Positions 29,878-39,149 of a stretch of 64,000 nt of DNA are shown one piece after another (within the stretch, counting starts at the first letter, position 1; each line of letters opens with the position of its first letter). Below the pieces are notes generated by a model that saw only the letters and a list, made by a program, of their open reading frames with translations, did no database searches and was not told where the DNA came from. The translations under genes and the position numbers were made by a program. The DNA is from Candidatus Doudnabacteria bacterium RIFCSPHIGHO2_12_FULL_48_16 (lineage in GTDB: Bacteria > Patescibacteriota > Doudnabacteria > UBA920 > O2-02-FULL-48-8): contig MFEY01000007.1 in assembly GCA_001780035.1 (NCBI GenBank), positions 123,155 to 187,154 on the forward strand. Reading direction: 5' to 3'.

Positions 29878-31236
29878 TTAATTATTTATTTTGTGCTTCC
29901 TGACAACCACAAGATTTTTATCCTCAATAAGCTTTCGACCTTTGATTGCCTGATCATGCCTTCCAAACGCAAAGCTAATTTTCTGGTTCAACGATTTCTC
30001 ATAATTAGAAATCAGGAGGGCAATGATTTGAGCCGGCGCTTTTTTTATTTCAAGCACCCTGCCGCTGTCTTGTTCAATTATCAGACCCTCAACATTATTA
30101 GCTATATCCACGGCTTTGTCTCCAACGCGGTAGCGCATTTGCATGATAATATCGCTGATCATTTCGTAAAACATTCGGTCCCTTGCCGGTATCTTTGGAT
30201 ATTCATGCGGGGTGAAACGTCCGATCCGGCGTTTTTTCATTATTAGGCGACTGATGACTGCAAATATGATGCCGACAAGCAGCAAGATAATCCCGTAAAA
30301 AGTCAGGTCGCTTAAAAAAATTCCCGCAAACTTTCGTTCTACGCTAAATTGATAGCTTGAAGTGGCCGGAACTTTCTGGCCGGGATAAGCGATGCTGGTT
30401 TCGACAGTATATTGGCCAGACGAAAAATCATGGGGGATTTGCATAAGTTTAATAAAACTAGCCGTGGTTTCAACCGCCACTGTTTCAGAGCCTGTCAGCA
30501 CTGCTTTGTTGTTTGCATCAAGAACACGGTAATTAATTGTGACATCCACTCTTTGTTGGCTGCCAAAATTAGTCAGTTTAACAGCAATGGGCAATTGCTC
30601 CCCGGGTGCGATACGCGTGACTAAATTCGTACTACTGGTGCCTAGCTGGACATCAAATAAGTTGGGTTGTTCAGATACTGGTAGGTCCGGCAACGGCTTG
30701 ATTGGCGGTAAAATTTGGGGCTGGGCATTATCTGTTACGTTTACGACTATCTGCGGCCGGGATTCCAAGGTGCTCTGGCTTTTGGCATTGAGAATAAATG
30801 ATTTAATGCCAACAGTCATCACATCTTCACCAGCTTGTTTGGCCCGGAATGTAATTGTGCCAAACGGCACGCTTTGCGAAAAGCCGGCAGGAAAACCTGC
30901 GGTTTTTATAAGTTCCCCGGCTTGATTGTCGATCAAATCATAACCTGACTGTGACAGGGCAATCCAATTTTTATCAAAAGTAAAAGAGACAACTTCAAGA
31001 ACCTCTGCAGAAAACGTAAGGGTCAACCGGACAGTGTAGTTTTTCTCGCCCGTTGGATCAATGCTCGCCGGCATGGTAAATGTTTCTCCAAGTTTTACCT
31101 GAATGACTTGATCTTGAAAAACCATAAGGCTTGCATTCGCTCTCAACGGTAACACCGCAAGCAGCATAAAAGTACTTACGGCAATGAAAAGTAAATTAGG
31201 CTTTAAAATTTTCACAATTGATAAATAGTTCCCCAT
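29878..31236 (-). CDS. membrane protein with large extracellular N-terminal region and cytoplasmic C-terminal domain
   Basis: 452 aa; signal/TM at N-terminus, beta-rich extracellular part, one internal TM (~aa 300-320), C-terminal ~120 aa cytoplasmic domain. Confidence 0.45.
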   Translation of the reverse strand: MGNYLSIVKILKPNLLFIAVSTFMLLAVLPLRANASLMVFQDQVIQVKLGETFTMPASIDPTGEKNYTVRLTLTFSAEVLEVVSFTFDKNWIALSQSGYDLIDNQAGELIKTAGFPAGFSQSVPFGTITFRAKQAGEDVMTVGIKSFILNAKSQSTLESRPQIVVNVTDNAQPQILPPIKPLPDLPVSEQPNLFDVQLGTSSTNLVTRIAPGEQLPIAVKLTNFGSQQRVDVTINYRVLDANNKAVLTGSETVAVETTASFIKLMQIPHDFSSGQYTVETSIAYPGQKVPATSSYQFSVERKFAGIFLSDLTFYGIILLLVGIIFAVISRLIMKKRRIGRFTPHEYPKIPARDRMFYEMISDIIMQMRYRVGDKAVDIANNVEGLIIEQDSGRVLEIKKAPAQIIALLISNYEKSLNQKISFAFGRHDQAIKGRKLIEDKNLVVVRKHKINN

Positions 31237-31910
31237 AAGACCATGATTTGATTAAAATCAAAAATATCTACGATACCATCTCTATTCATATCAGCAGGAT
31301 TACCCTGCTCTTGTATGCCCCAGTTGATCATCATGGCATTAAAATCAAGAATGTTGAAAGCTCCATCTTTGACCAAATCGAGTTCTATTGGTGTCAAAAT
31401 AGTCTCTGTTGCCGCTCCTCCACCCCCACCTCCGCCAGAAAAAACAGGAGTTGTGCTTCGGGCCGAGACTGGCCGCCAATCAGTGCGCACATCGCAGTTA
31501 TCGCAATCAAAGGTCAGCGTTCCGACCAAACTGCCGGTAGCGCTGCCTTGGAATTGGCCTGCTGAATCAATGGTCACGCCGGAGAAATCGATCCAGCCAA
31601 GACCCTCGCCCCAGGCATTGCCGCCGAGCGTTCCTTCGCCGTTATTCGTAATCCCGCCATTAGAAGGAGTAAGATTGATCCAAGCCGTATTGCCGTTCCA
31701 GGCATCACCTGTAAGACCTGCGTCAGTCACGTGGATGTTTCCTTCTGTAAGACCGAAATTTACCCAGCCGGCGTTATTCGACCAGGCATAGCCTGCATTA
31801 CCGCCGGTAACGATCGTTCCATCAGTTTCAGAAGCTAAAGCAAGGCTTGGAGCGACAAAGCAAAGGAGTACCACAGATGCTATCAAAAATATGGTGAAAC
31901 GGGTATGCAT
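31212..31910 (-). CDS. secreted protein with dockerin-like Ca-binding repeats
   Basis: 232 aa; signal peptide; poly-Gly linker; 'DMNRDGIVDIFDFNQIM' and 'ILDFNAMMINWG' dockerin/EF-hand-like pair. Confidence 0.45.
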   Translation of the reverse strand: MHTRFTIFLIASVVLLCFVAPSLALASETDGTIVTGGNAGYAWSNNAGWVNFGLTEGNIHVTDAGLTGDAWNGNTAWINLTPSNGGITNNGEGTLGGNAWGEGLGWIDFSGVTIDSAGQFQGSATGSLVGTLTFDCDNCDVRTDWRPVSARSTTPVFSGGGGGGGAATETILTPIELDLVKDGAFNILDFNAMMINWGIQEQGNPADMNRDGIVDIFDFNQIMVLWGTIYQL

Positions 31911-31918
31911 ACTAGTAA

Positions 31919-34177
31919 TTATTGTGAAGTTTCGGCCGGACTAGTCGGTTGTTCAACAACTACTTCTACAGGCACTGGTGTTGGCTCAGCTGCAACCGGG
32001 TCTGTATCCTCTGGCGACGCTGTCGGTGTTGGTGTGCCCTCCATAGCATCTGGCGGCGTGTCCGCCGCCGAAGCTGCCTCCTCCGCACCCGGAACTTCAG
32101 CAGAAGCGGAGGCATCTGACGAAACCTCGGGAGTCGATGCTTCTTCATCGGCTAGAGGTGCTGTAATTATAGCAGGAGTAATATTGGCATTTTCTAAAAG
32201 CGAATTCAACTGGTCGCCATTAATACAAACTTCACTGCCGTCAGATTTCTTAACGCAGATTTGCTCAGTGTGAATTTTTTCGGCAAACAGTTCATAAAAG
32301 TATCCGCGGATGGCGGTCACGCGCGCGGCCACAAAATCAGTGAAAAATTGCATGCCATCCATAATTTTTTTAGCAATAAAAGCGATTGGATCATGAGCGG
32401 GTTCAGACTGAACACTGCTGACGAGCGTAGAAAGACCATTATCCGATTCATCAGCATTGGCTTTTGGTGTTAGGTCCCCCAAAAGTATTGCTTCTTCGCC
32501 CAAGTCAAAGTTCTTCACGAAGGCCACAACAATGCCTATACCATCGCCATCATATGCAGACATTGCTTGACCAATTACTGAACCCGTATTTTTTGCCTTC
32601 ATAGCAACACCGGGTATCGAAGAAGACGTAAGATAATCGCCCGGCGCAATAGCGCCATTTTCGGTAATTATTTTCACTGGCAGGCGTCCGGCAAGAGCAA
32701 CAATCACTGGTACTCCTTCATGAGCCCCGACAGTATCGCCGATGACAATGCCCGGCTTCGTTGAGACAATACCAATAACTTCATCATGCAACATAGCTCG
32801 GCGCACGCCGCTTGGCAAACTTGAATCCAGAGCAACGACTGTTCCCGGCACAAGCGATAAGTCTTTCGCGTAGTAAACCTCGCCAACATCAGCACCACCG
32901 CTGATGCGAAATGCCGAGAGACTGCTTCCACGATGAACGGTTGTCGCATTGCTGTTTGAGGTGTTTTGAGCCCACTGCAATCGTACCGTCCCCGCAGTAG
33001 ACCCATTTGCTATCGTCCCAGACAAATAGAGTGGGTCGTTTGCAGTGGCGGATCCAGCGGTTACAGTGATTGCTCCGCCACATGCGGTACTGCCGGCGCC
33101 GCTTGCAACGTCAACGCCCCCGCCGGCGTAATCACAGGTTGCGCCGGTTGGAGCAGTAACGGCAAGTTGGATGTCCGGCGTGGCAAGCGTGGTATAGAGT
33201 AAATTGAATTGAAAAACCCATATCTCATTCGCGCCAATGGCAAATAATAATTCATCATCGTCCTGCAAAACGGCATTGCTCGTAAGGCTTTCGTCCGCAG
33301 ACTTTCTAACATCTACCGCGTACTGGCCAAGTTCACATACTATATTACCGGCACTATCGGTTCCGAGATTACGACAACTGGTCAAGTTCCCAAGTGTAAG
33401 ACCGGCGAATGTTGGCGATGCACTCGTGGTCAACGTTTGTCCAGTATCAAAAGCAAGCTGGCTGTTGCCGATGGAATCAGCAGTAATAGAAAGAGAAGCG
33501 GCAGAATTTTCACTGCCTGATCCGGAAACAGTAATTTGTGATGAGCCACCAATGGTCGCGATATAATTGCCAGTCGTATGCGTACCGAGCGTAATGAGAT
33601 CACTCAAAGATGTTGCCCCCGTTCCACCATTACCAATAGCCAGTGCCGTACCTGACCAATTGCTGTTGTTAATGCTAGAGAGTACTGCTAATGAACCAAG
33701 TCCTAAATTAGTTCTGGCGGTCGAAGCACTAGCTAAATCAGAAAGATTGTTGGATGGATTGAGTGGAGTGTAGCCAAGCGCCGATTGTTTGTTGTTAAAA
33801 GTATCCCAGTCGGTAGAGGTCAAAAGACCCCGCGAAGTTGCGGCAGCGCTTGGAATATTAAATGTGTGAGTACTGCCGGTGGAATCAATGTTAAAATCAG
33901 TGCCTGATATTCCGGTGGCAAATGTTTGAGTGGTCAGAGTCAGGCCATTCAAACTAAATACACTAACTCCGCAATTAGTATCAGTCGGAAGACACGCCGG
34001 ATTCAAAGTTTCGCCCGGCTGGTAGAGGATTGCCAATGCTGGCCGTGATATGGACAAGATAAAAAGCACGACCAAAAGAAAAACCGGCAAAAATGTTTGA
34101 TATTTTAGTTTCAGAATATTCAATCTCATACGTATCGAAAAAAGAAAGACCCAAACGAAAAATCGTTTGGGTCTCAA
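31919..34177 (-). CDS. large secreted surface protein with tail-fibre-like Ser/Thr/Gly repeats and acidic C-terminal tail
   Basis: 752 aa; signal peptide; 'TARTNLGLGSLA' tail-fibre-like motif; low-complexity Pro/Glu/Ala/Thr tail. Confidence 0.5.
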   Translation of the reverse strand: MRPKRFFVWVFLFSIRMRLNILKLKYQTFLPVFLLVVLFILSISRPALAILYQPGETLNPACLPTDTNCGVSVFSLNGLTLTTQTFATGISGTDFNIDSTGSTHTFNIPSAAATSRGLLTSTDWDTFNNKQSALGYTPLNPSNNLSDLASASTARTNLGLGSLAVLSSINNSNWSGTALAIGNGGTGATSLSDLITLGTHTTGNYIATIGGSSQITVSGSGSENSAASLSITADSIGNSQLAFDTGQTLTTSASPTFAGLTLGNLTSCRNLGTDSAGNIVCELGQYAVDVRKSADESLTSNAVLQDDDELLFAIGANEIWVFQFNLLYTTLATPDIQLAVTAPTGATCDYAGGGVDVASGAGSTACGGAITVTAGSATANDPLYLSGTIANGSTAGTVRLQWAQNTSNSNATTVHRGSSLSAFRISGGADVGEVYYAKDLSLVPGTVVALDSSLPSGVRRAMLHDEVIGIVSTKPGIVIGDTVGAHEGVPVIVALAGRLPVKIITENGAIAPGDYLTSSSIPGVAMKAKNTGSVIGQAMSAYDGDGIGIVVAFVKNFDLGEEAILLGDLTPKANADESDNGLSTLVSSVQSEPAHDPIAFIAKKIMDGMQFFTDFVAARVTAIRGYFYELFAEKIHTEQICVKKSDGSEVCINGDQLNSLLENANITPAIITAPLADEEASTPEVSSDASASAEVPGAEEAASAADTPPDAMEGTPTPTASPEDTDPVAAEPTPVPVEVVVEQPTSPAETSQ

Positions 34178-34274
34178 GGACCTCTAAGGTTTTAACTTTT
34201 AAATTGTTATTTAATCTTTGTTTCTTGGAACTATTGTTGTTATATTAAATATAGTATAGCATAATATTAAGTTT

Positions 34275-35078
34275 ATGTCAATGAAATTGATACCAAAAAA
34301 TAAAAACAGTATCGCTTCCTTTGTCCTTATCGAACACCGCTGTAGTTGCGGCAAACTCCTTTTTAAGGGCATGCTTTTGTCGAGCGCCCTTGAGATTAAG
34401 TGCAAAGGCTGCGGAAAAATAAAAATCGTGGGCAATCAAAGTATCGACACAGAAAATGAAAATCAATACTCAATGCTCTTTGACGAGGCAAATAATATAA
34501 TCGATGTCAGTCCGTCAGCTATAAAAATTTTAGGCTTCAGCAAACAAGAACTGCTCGCAATGAAAGCACGACGTATAAAATTTTTGTTTAAAATGCATGA
34601 TAGTGACCGACTTTGGAAGACAGCCAGAAACTTGGGCTTTGAAACTTTTACTTTCGAAACAGTTCATCTGAAAAAAAACGGCGAGGTTTCGCCAGTACAA
34701 GCCCAGGTCAAATTTATAACAAGTAGCAATCAAGCTTTGGCGCTCGTGGTATTCAACGGTTTACAATCACCAAGTCCGCAAGTAACAGATTCGACCTGCG
34801 AATTCGTAGCTGATGTAAATCTTGAAGGAATTTATACCTATGTGAATCGGGCGTTGGCAACACTACTTGAATACTCTGCGGAAGAAATGCTGGGCAAATC
34901 TATGTTTGAATTTTATCCAATAGATGAGCGCAAAAAAATAGAAAAGATATTTTTCAGCCACCTCAAATCAAAGCAGTCATTTAAACTAAAGGATTCCCAA
35001 TTTGAAAGCTACTTCGTGACAAATGTTAATGATTGGGGCGGAGTTAGGGGTTATCATATACTGCGGTGGGCTAAGTGA
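34275..35078 (+). CDS. zinc-ribbon (Com-like) plus tandem PAS domain protein
   Basis: 267 aa; 'CSCGKLLF...CKGCGKIK' four-Cys ribbon at N-terminus followed by two PAS-like segments. Confidence 0.5.
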   Translation: MSMKLIPKNKNSIASFVLIEHRCSCGKLLFKGMLLSSALEIKCKGCGKIKIVGNQSIDTENENQYSMLFDEANNIIDVSPSAIKILGFSKQELLAMKARRIKFLFKMHDSDRLWKTARNLGFETFTFETVHLKKNGEVSPVQAQVKFITSSNQALALVVFNGLQSPSPQVTDSTCEFVADVNLEGIYTYVNRALATLLEYSAEEMLGKSMFEFYPIDERKKIEKIFFSHLKSKQSFKLKDSQFESYFVTNVNDWGGVRGYHILRWAK

Positions 35079-35290
35079 ATTTTTCTAGGAGACGATTTTT
35101 GTTCTTACAAAATACTTAGAAACCCTATATTTATAAGACAATCTCCACAAACAAAAAATCGTCCAGCAGGCGATTTTTTAAGTTTCTATAAATTATCAAA
35201 AACCTTGGAAATCGCTATATCGGTTCTATGTCCTGTAAGGGGGTATGCTTTTTAAAAATTAGAACCGCTATCGAATTTGCTGGGAAATAC

Positions 35291-35325
35291 TGACGCACCT
35301 CGGTCTCACTAACTGGGGTGGGCTA
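35291..35325 (-). repeat. tRNA-His 3'-end-like fragment (att-like), copy 0
   Basis: 'ctggggtgggctacggggaacgatccc' versus tRNA-His 3' end 'cttggggtgcctgatgggaatcgaaccc'; same orientation. Confidence 0.55.
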
Positions 35326-35417
35326 CGGGGAACGATCCCGATACCTTCTGCGCCACAATTTTCTTTTGTTCGGGAAATGGTACGAATTACATATTTAATT
35401 ACGTAATTAACATAGTC

Positions 35418-35708
35418 TTAGATTTTTTTAAATTCTTCTTGATTAATCTCCTCCAGTAATTCTAAAGTTGCCTTTACAGAAGGATTAGCGGTGTTTATGA
35501 GAATTAACCTTCGGTCAAAACTCTTCAACAATGGACTCAAAAACTCATCTCCCCAGGAAGGTGAGAATGTAATAACTCCCTCGAAATCTAATTCTAGGTT
35601 CTCATTTACATCTAAGGTTGTTATCTGGGATTGTAGCGCAGCAAAAGCTTCGCGGCCATTTTGCCGGGAGGTCAGTGTTGTCCCAAATTTTTTCAAATCT
35701 ATTTTCAT
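35418..35708 (-). CDS. DUF4325 (STAS-like) domain protein
   Basis: 96 aa; 'MKIDLKKFGTTLTSRQNGREA...' typical DUF4325 composition; immediately downstream of a GHKL ATPase gene. Confidence 0.5.
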   Translation of the reverse strand: MKIDLKKFGTTLTSRQNGREAFAALQSQITTLDVNENLELDFEGVITFSPSWGDEFLSPLLKSFDRRLILINTANPSVKATLELLEEINQEEFKKI

Positions 35709-35715
35709 AATATTT

Positions 35716-36438
35716 CTAAAATGTGATTAATGCTAAACACCCGCGAAATGATTCTATGCTCGGTTTTAAATCCAAGACATCGCTATCTTTAGTTAATACA
35801 AGCTCTGCGTTACCTGTCTGAAACAAAAGTCCAATAGGATTTTCTGCGACTATTTTCCGCACGAATTTCAGACCATTACCCCGACTCTCAGGCGCCCGGC
35901 CCGACAATATTTCAGTAAAGGCCACTCTCAATGCTTCTTCGTCTGTATTCAACTCTGGTTTTACTCTTTTCAAAGTAGTAAAAACACCCAAACCCCTATC
36001 CGCCAAAACAATATTTCTCTTGTGGATGTCATAGGCAAAAAATATTCCCGGAGTATCTGGCCAATTTCCTAAGTTATGATCAAAGGAATTGTTTCCGATT
36101 TCTCCGGCCACTGCCACAAGCAACGGGAATATAGGCGATAATTCTTTTACTCCGCCAAGGAAATCTTGCATCTGTATCAGCTTGGTCTGAAACACCGCGC
36201 TATTGGAACAATAAAATTTTGAAGGTATCTCGAAACTTTTTAATACCCAATCTTTGGCCAAACCAAAAAGATCATTCAAAAAAAGTTCTATCTGTGATCT
36301 GTTATACAAACGATAACCGGCATCTGACGTCTTCACAGGACTCAATTTACCTTTTTTATCCCAACGTCGGAGAGTATCGATCGAAACCCCCAATATTTCT
36401 GCGGCTTCGCTTATTGTAATAAGGTCTTGTTCTGCCAT
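35716..36438 (-). CDS. MerR-family HTH fused to a GHKL (anti-sigma-kinase-like) ATPase domain
   Basis: 240 aa; 'ITISEAAEILGVSIDTLRRWDKKGKL' MerR HTH; C-terminal N-box 'GEIGNNSFDH', G1 'DRGLGV', G2 'SRGNGLKFV'. Confidence 0.55.
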   Translation of the reverse strand: MAEQDLITISEAAEILGVSIDTLRRWDKKGKLSPVKTSDAGYRLYNRSQIELFLNDLFGLAKDWVLKSFEIPSKFYCSNSAVFQTKLIQMQDFLGGVKELSPIFPLLVAVAGEIGNNSFDHNLGNWPDTPGIFFAYDIHKRNIVLADRGLGVFTTLKRVKPELNTDEEALRVAFTEILSGRAPESRGNGLKFVRKIVAENPIGLLFQTGNAELVLTKDSDVLDLKPSIESFRGCLALITF

Positions 36439-36541
36439 AATTATTCAACTATAACATACTCTTAAACCCTATGCAAACTTTTTAAAACCCTATGCAACCC
36501 CCTATAAATAAGAGAGTTAGGGACCCACTTGGGTAGCCCTA

Positions 36542-36585
36542 ACTGGGGTCGCATCGCATAGTGAAGGATGCGAGAACTAAATTTC
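36542..36585 (-). repeat. tRNA-His 3'-end-like fragment (att-like), copy 1
   Basis: 'ctggggtcgcatcgcatagtgaaggatgcgagaact'; shares 'tggggt' and 'ggatg..agaac' with the tRNA 3' end and copy 2. Confidence 0.5.
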
Positions 36586-36854
36586 ACTAAGTTTAACTGA
36601 AGCACCATCATCAAAATCATAATAATTAACCGTTAGTTCTTCACCGGTCGCATCCGCCTTCGCGTGAAGCTTCGGCGGAACGGGTCCGTCCAGCCTGCCT
36701 GCCGGCAGGCAGGCATTCGCTAGCGTTCTTTGTATGGGGTTACATCATGCAGGATGTTCGAAGCCTGACTATGCAACTAAAGGTATTGACAAGGGCATCA
36801 AAAAAGCCTATAATTATATGTTTTATAGATCAACCGAAACTTGGAGGAGTAAAA

Positions 36855-37145
36855 ATGAAAACGAGAACGGAAGTGGTCGACACGAATCGGAGTTACGCCG
36901 AGCTCTACTCGGCGTACTTCGAAAACAGGGCAGCCGTCACCGTCGCTGAGCTCTACGATACGCGGGGGCACTTTGAAGGCCCCACCGCTTATCTGGAGAG
37001 GCATGAGGACAGGTATTTCGTGCTCTCTCACCAGTGGATGCCCACCAACGAGCCCGGTGGCCAACAGTGGGTATTCCGCTGGAACAAAGTGGACGGTCGC
37101 GAGAAACCCTTGCAGCTCATCCGACTCGTCGTTCCCACAGCGTGA
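36855..37145 (+). CDS. small hypothetical protein (96 aa), GC-rich
   Basis: ATG 36855 with 'ggaggag' SD; sits between att-like copies 1 and 2; antisense ORF 36798-37148 judged spurious. Confidence 0.4.
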   Translation: MKTRTEVVDTNRSYAELYSAYFENRAAVTVAELYDTRGHFEGPTAYLERHEDRYFVLSHQWMPTNEPGGQQWVFRWNKVDGREKPLQLIRLVVPTA

Positions 37146-37261
37146 CACATACGATTCTTGGGGTTTAGCAAACTTAGCAATTTAAGTTTGGTAGACCTCA
37201 AGATTTTTCTTTTTGTCTAAATTTTATCCTACATAAACACTAGCTTATATTAATGTCCATT

Positions 37262-37300
37262 CATGGGGTCGCATTGTGGAGGATGTTAGAACTGCTACCT
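37262..37300 (-). repeat. tRNA-His 3'-end-like fragment (att-like), copy 2
   Basis: 'atggggtcgcattgtggaggatgttagaactgc'. Confidence 0.5.
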
Positions 37301-37312
37301 TACACATTACGT

Positions 37313-37855
37313 TTAATGTTTAGTGTCTATTCTTTTTAAAAACTTTCTCAGTTGTGGTGGAACACTTTTGGAAGTATCTATTGTAAAATGAGGAAAATTA
37401 ACAGGCTCATATATTTTTTTTATTTTCAAATGAGCTATCCAACCAACTCCCTTACCTTGTAAAAATCTTTTAGAAACTCGTGCTCGTAATATTTTGTCAG
37501 GACAATAAATATATAGTACATGATAAGGAACTCCGTGCTTTTTAGCTATTTGTATAATCAAATCCCGCTGTTTCTGCTTAGAAAAAGCACCATCAATAAT
37601 AATGCTACCACCTGCTACTAAAGTATAATCAGTTAATAATGCAAAGGCATTGTAGCAGATTGCCAATTCATCCATCGTGGGTGGTTTATCCTTATTGACG
37701 AAAGATGGATTGGGAAGGAGTTTTTTTAAGGTAGAATCTACAGAAACGACAGGGGCACCTACTATCTTACTAAGTAGTTTGGCCGTGGTTGTTTTACCAG
37801 CTCCGACTTGGCCACAGATAATAAATAGCTCCGGTTTTAAAATAGTCTTTCTCAT
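37313..37855 (-). CDS. P-loop kinase (AAA_33/zeta-toxin-like fold)
   Basis: 180 aa; Walker A 'GQVGAGKTTT'; small kinase architecture. Confidence 0.6.
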   Translation of the reverse strand: MRKTILKPELFIICGQVGAGKTTTAKLLSKIVGAPVVSVDSTLKKLLPNPSFVNKDKPPTMDELAICYNAFALLTDYTLVAGGSIIIDGAFSKQKQRDLIIQIAKKHGVPYHVLYIYCPDKILRARVSKRFLQGKGVGWIAHLKIKKIYEPVNFPHFTIDTSKSVPPQLRKFLKRIDTKH

Positions 37856-37867
37856 TTTAAAATCCTT

Positions 37868-37892
37868 TTTGGGGTCACATCGTGCAAAATAT
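37868..37892 (-). repeat. tRNA-His 3'-end-like fragment (att-like), copy 3
   Basis: 'ttggggtcacatcgtgcaaaat'. Confidence 0.45.
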
Positions 37893-37958
37893 TGCCATCA
37901 TACCTCAGAATACAAACAATTATAACACGAGAGGTGGTAATTGCGTTCAATCCGGCAA

Positions 37959-38453
37959 CTAATTCGATCGTGGAAATAATTCATCCGAAGGCATAAAGAG
38001 TCCTCCCTTAACCACATGATAGGGTCTGTTAGTCTTAATTCGACCTTTTGAAGTTTTCACAAGCACTATTTGTTGGGTCAGTGGATCGATGGCAAAATAA
38101 TCTGATTGGCCGCCTTCATTCTCTAACCCATAGACGACGCGATCTGGCATATCTTCGATGGGTTGATCAAAACGTATGTTGGTCGGATCATCGATTCGCA
38201 CAATACTCGGTCTTCTTTCAGGAGGCAAATCGTTGAATCGTCCGTCGTCGCCTCGGAGCCTCTCTTCTAAAACATATAGCAAGGGTTGATGCGGTTGCCA
38301 ATCATGTAATGGTTGAATGTTGCGCTCCTGTAGAAAAGCCCGAGTTTCCGCTTCAGTCATACTTCTTCCAATATTCATTTCTGGACTTGGATCACCAGTA
38401 TTCATAAAACCATTATACCTAAAACCCGCCTTATCGACGAATTCTATCTTCAT
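37959..38453 (-). CDS. hypothetical protein (165 aa)
   Basis: start at Met 38453 with 'aagga' SD; the longer ORF to 38570 would overlap tRNA-His and an att-like copy. Confidence 0.45.
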   Translation of the reverse strand: MKIEFVDKAGFRYNGFMNTGDPSPEMNIGRSMTEAETRAFLQERNIQPLHDWQPHQPLLYVLEERLRGDDGRFNDLPPERRPSIVRIDDPTNIRFDQPIEDMPDRVVYGLENEGGQSDYFAIDPLTQQIVLVKTSKGRIKTNRPYHVVKGGLFMPSDELFPRSN

Positions 38454-38456
38454 ATC

Positions 38457-38486
38457 CTTGGGGTGCACGATGGGAATTCCGACGCT
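38457..38486 (-). repeat. partial duplicate of the tRNA-His 3' end (att-like), copy 4
   Basis: 'cttggggtgcacgatgggaattccgacgc' versus tRNA 'cttggggtgcctgatgggaatcgaaccc' (21/23 identical), 84 nt from the tRNA. Confidence 0.65.
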
Positions 38487-38542
38487 CCGGTCGGAACCAT
38501 TGGTCAAAGCCACAAGTTTGTTTATTAATGAAACTCTAGTCT

Positions 38543-38617
38543 TGGGGTGCCTGATGGGAATCGAACCCACGTGACCACTGCCACAGAGTGGCGTTCTACC
38601 ATTGAACTACAGGCACC
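38543..38617 (-). tRNA. tRNA-His (GTG) with encoded G-1
   Basis: cloverleaf: acceptor GTGCCTG/CAGGCAC, extra 5' G pairing with discriminator C, anticodon loop CTGTGGC, T-loop TTCGATT, CCA encoded. Confidence 0.85.
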
Positions 38618-38639
38618 ACAGGATCAAGGTTCCATTTTT

Positions 38640-39137
38640 TTAATGTTTGAATATCTGGCCAATTAGGGCGCCGACCGCGATGGCCACCGCGCCAATCAGG
38701 GTCATCCGCAAGGCGCTGCCCAAAAGCGGAATCCGCAGCACGCGGGCGCTGACGACTCCCAGCAGCGATAATCCGACCACAGAGGAAGCAATGGAAACCC
38801 AAAACGCCGGATTGATATCAAAGACTACATACGGCCACAGGGGTATCAGTCCCGTGAACAGATAGGAGAAGAACATAACCACGCCGCCGGCGAACGGATT
38901 CGAAATGCTGACCTTGGCGCGATTGACGTATTCTTCGGCCGAATATTCGGTCAGAAAACTGCCGACAGCCATGGAAAACGCTTCCACAAAAATCAAGACC
39001 ATCCCGGTCAGTAAAATATCAACCTTGGCCACGCCGCCGATGGCCACCCCCGAAAGCAGGCCGACGGTGGAAACCAGGCTGTCCTCGGCGCCAAAAATAA
39101 AATTGCGGACATACAAAACGAAATTTTTGCCGGGCAT
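38640..39137 (-). CDS. VIT1/CCC1 family membrane protein (iron/manganese transporter-like)
   Basis: 165 aa; 'GAEDSLVSTVGLLSGVA' VIT motif; multiple TM helices. Confidence 0.7.
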   Translation of the reverse strand: MPGKNFVLYVRNFIFGAEDSLVSTVGLLSGVAIGGVAKVDILLTGMVLIFVEAFSMAVGSFLTEYSAEEYVNRAKVSISNPFAGGVVMFFSYLFTGLIPLWPYVVFDINPAFWVSIASSVVGLSLLGVVSARVLRIPLLGSALRMTLIGAVAIAVGALIGQIFKH

Positions 39138-39149
39138 AGAAGATAATTT

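Noticed and set aside
36798-37148. 116-aa minus-strand ORF overlapping the 96-aa plus-strand islet ORF
   Set aside because: The plus-strand ORF has a canonical GGAGGAG SD at optimal spacing and the minus-strand ORF has none. Only one can be real, but neither has a motif, so confidence in either is low.
36440-37900. Integron attC-site interpretation of the repeats flanking the cassettes
   Set aside because: The repeats lack the GTTRRRY core and the R''-L''/L'-R' attC architecture. They align instead to the tRNA-His 3' end, so the tRNA-att duplication model fits better.
37959-38570. Extended 203-aa form of the hypothetical gene using the upstream GTG
   Set aside because: The extension would run through an att-like repeat and overlap the tRNA-His gene. 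The internal Met at 38453 has a proper SD.
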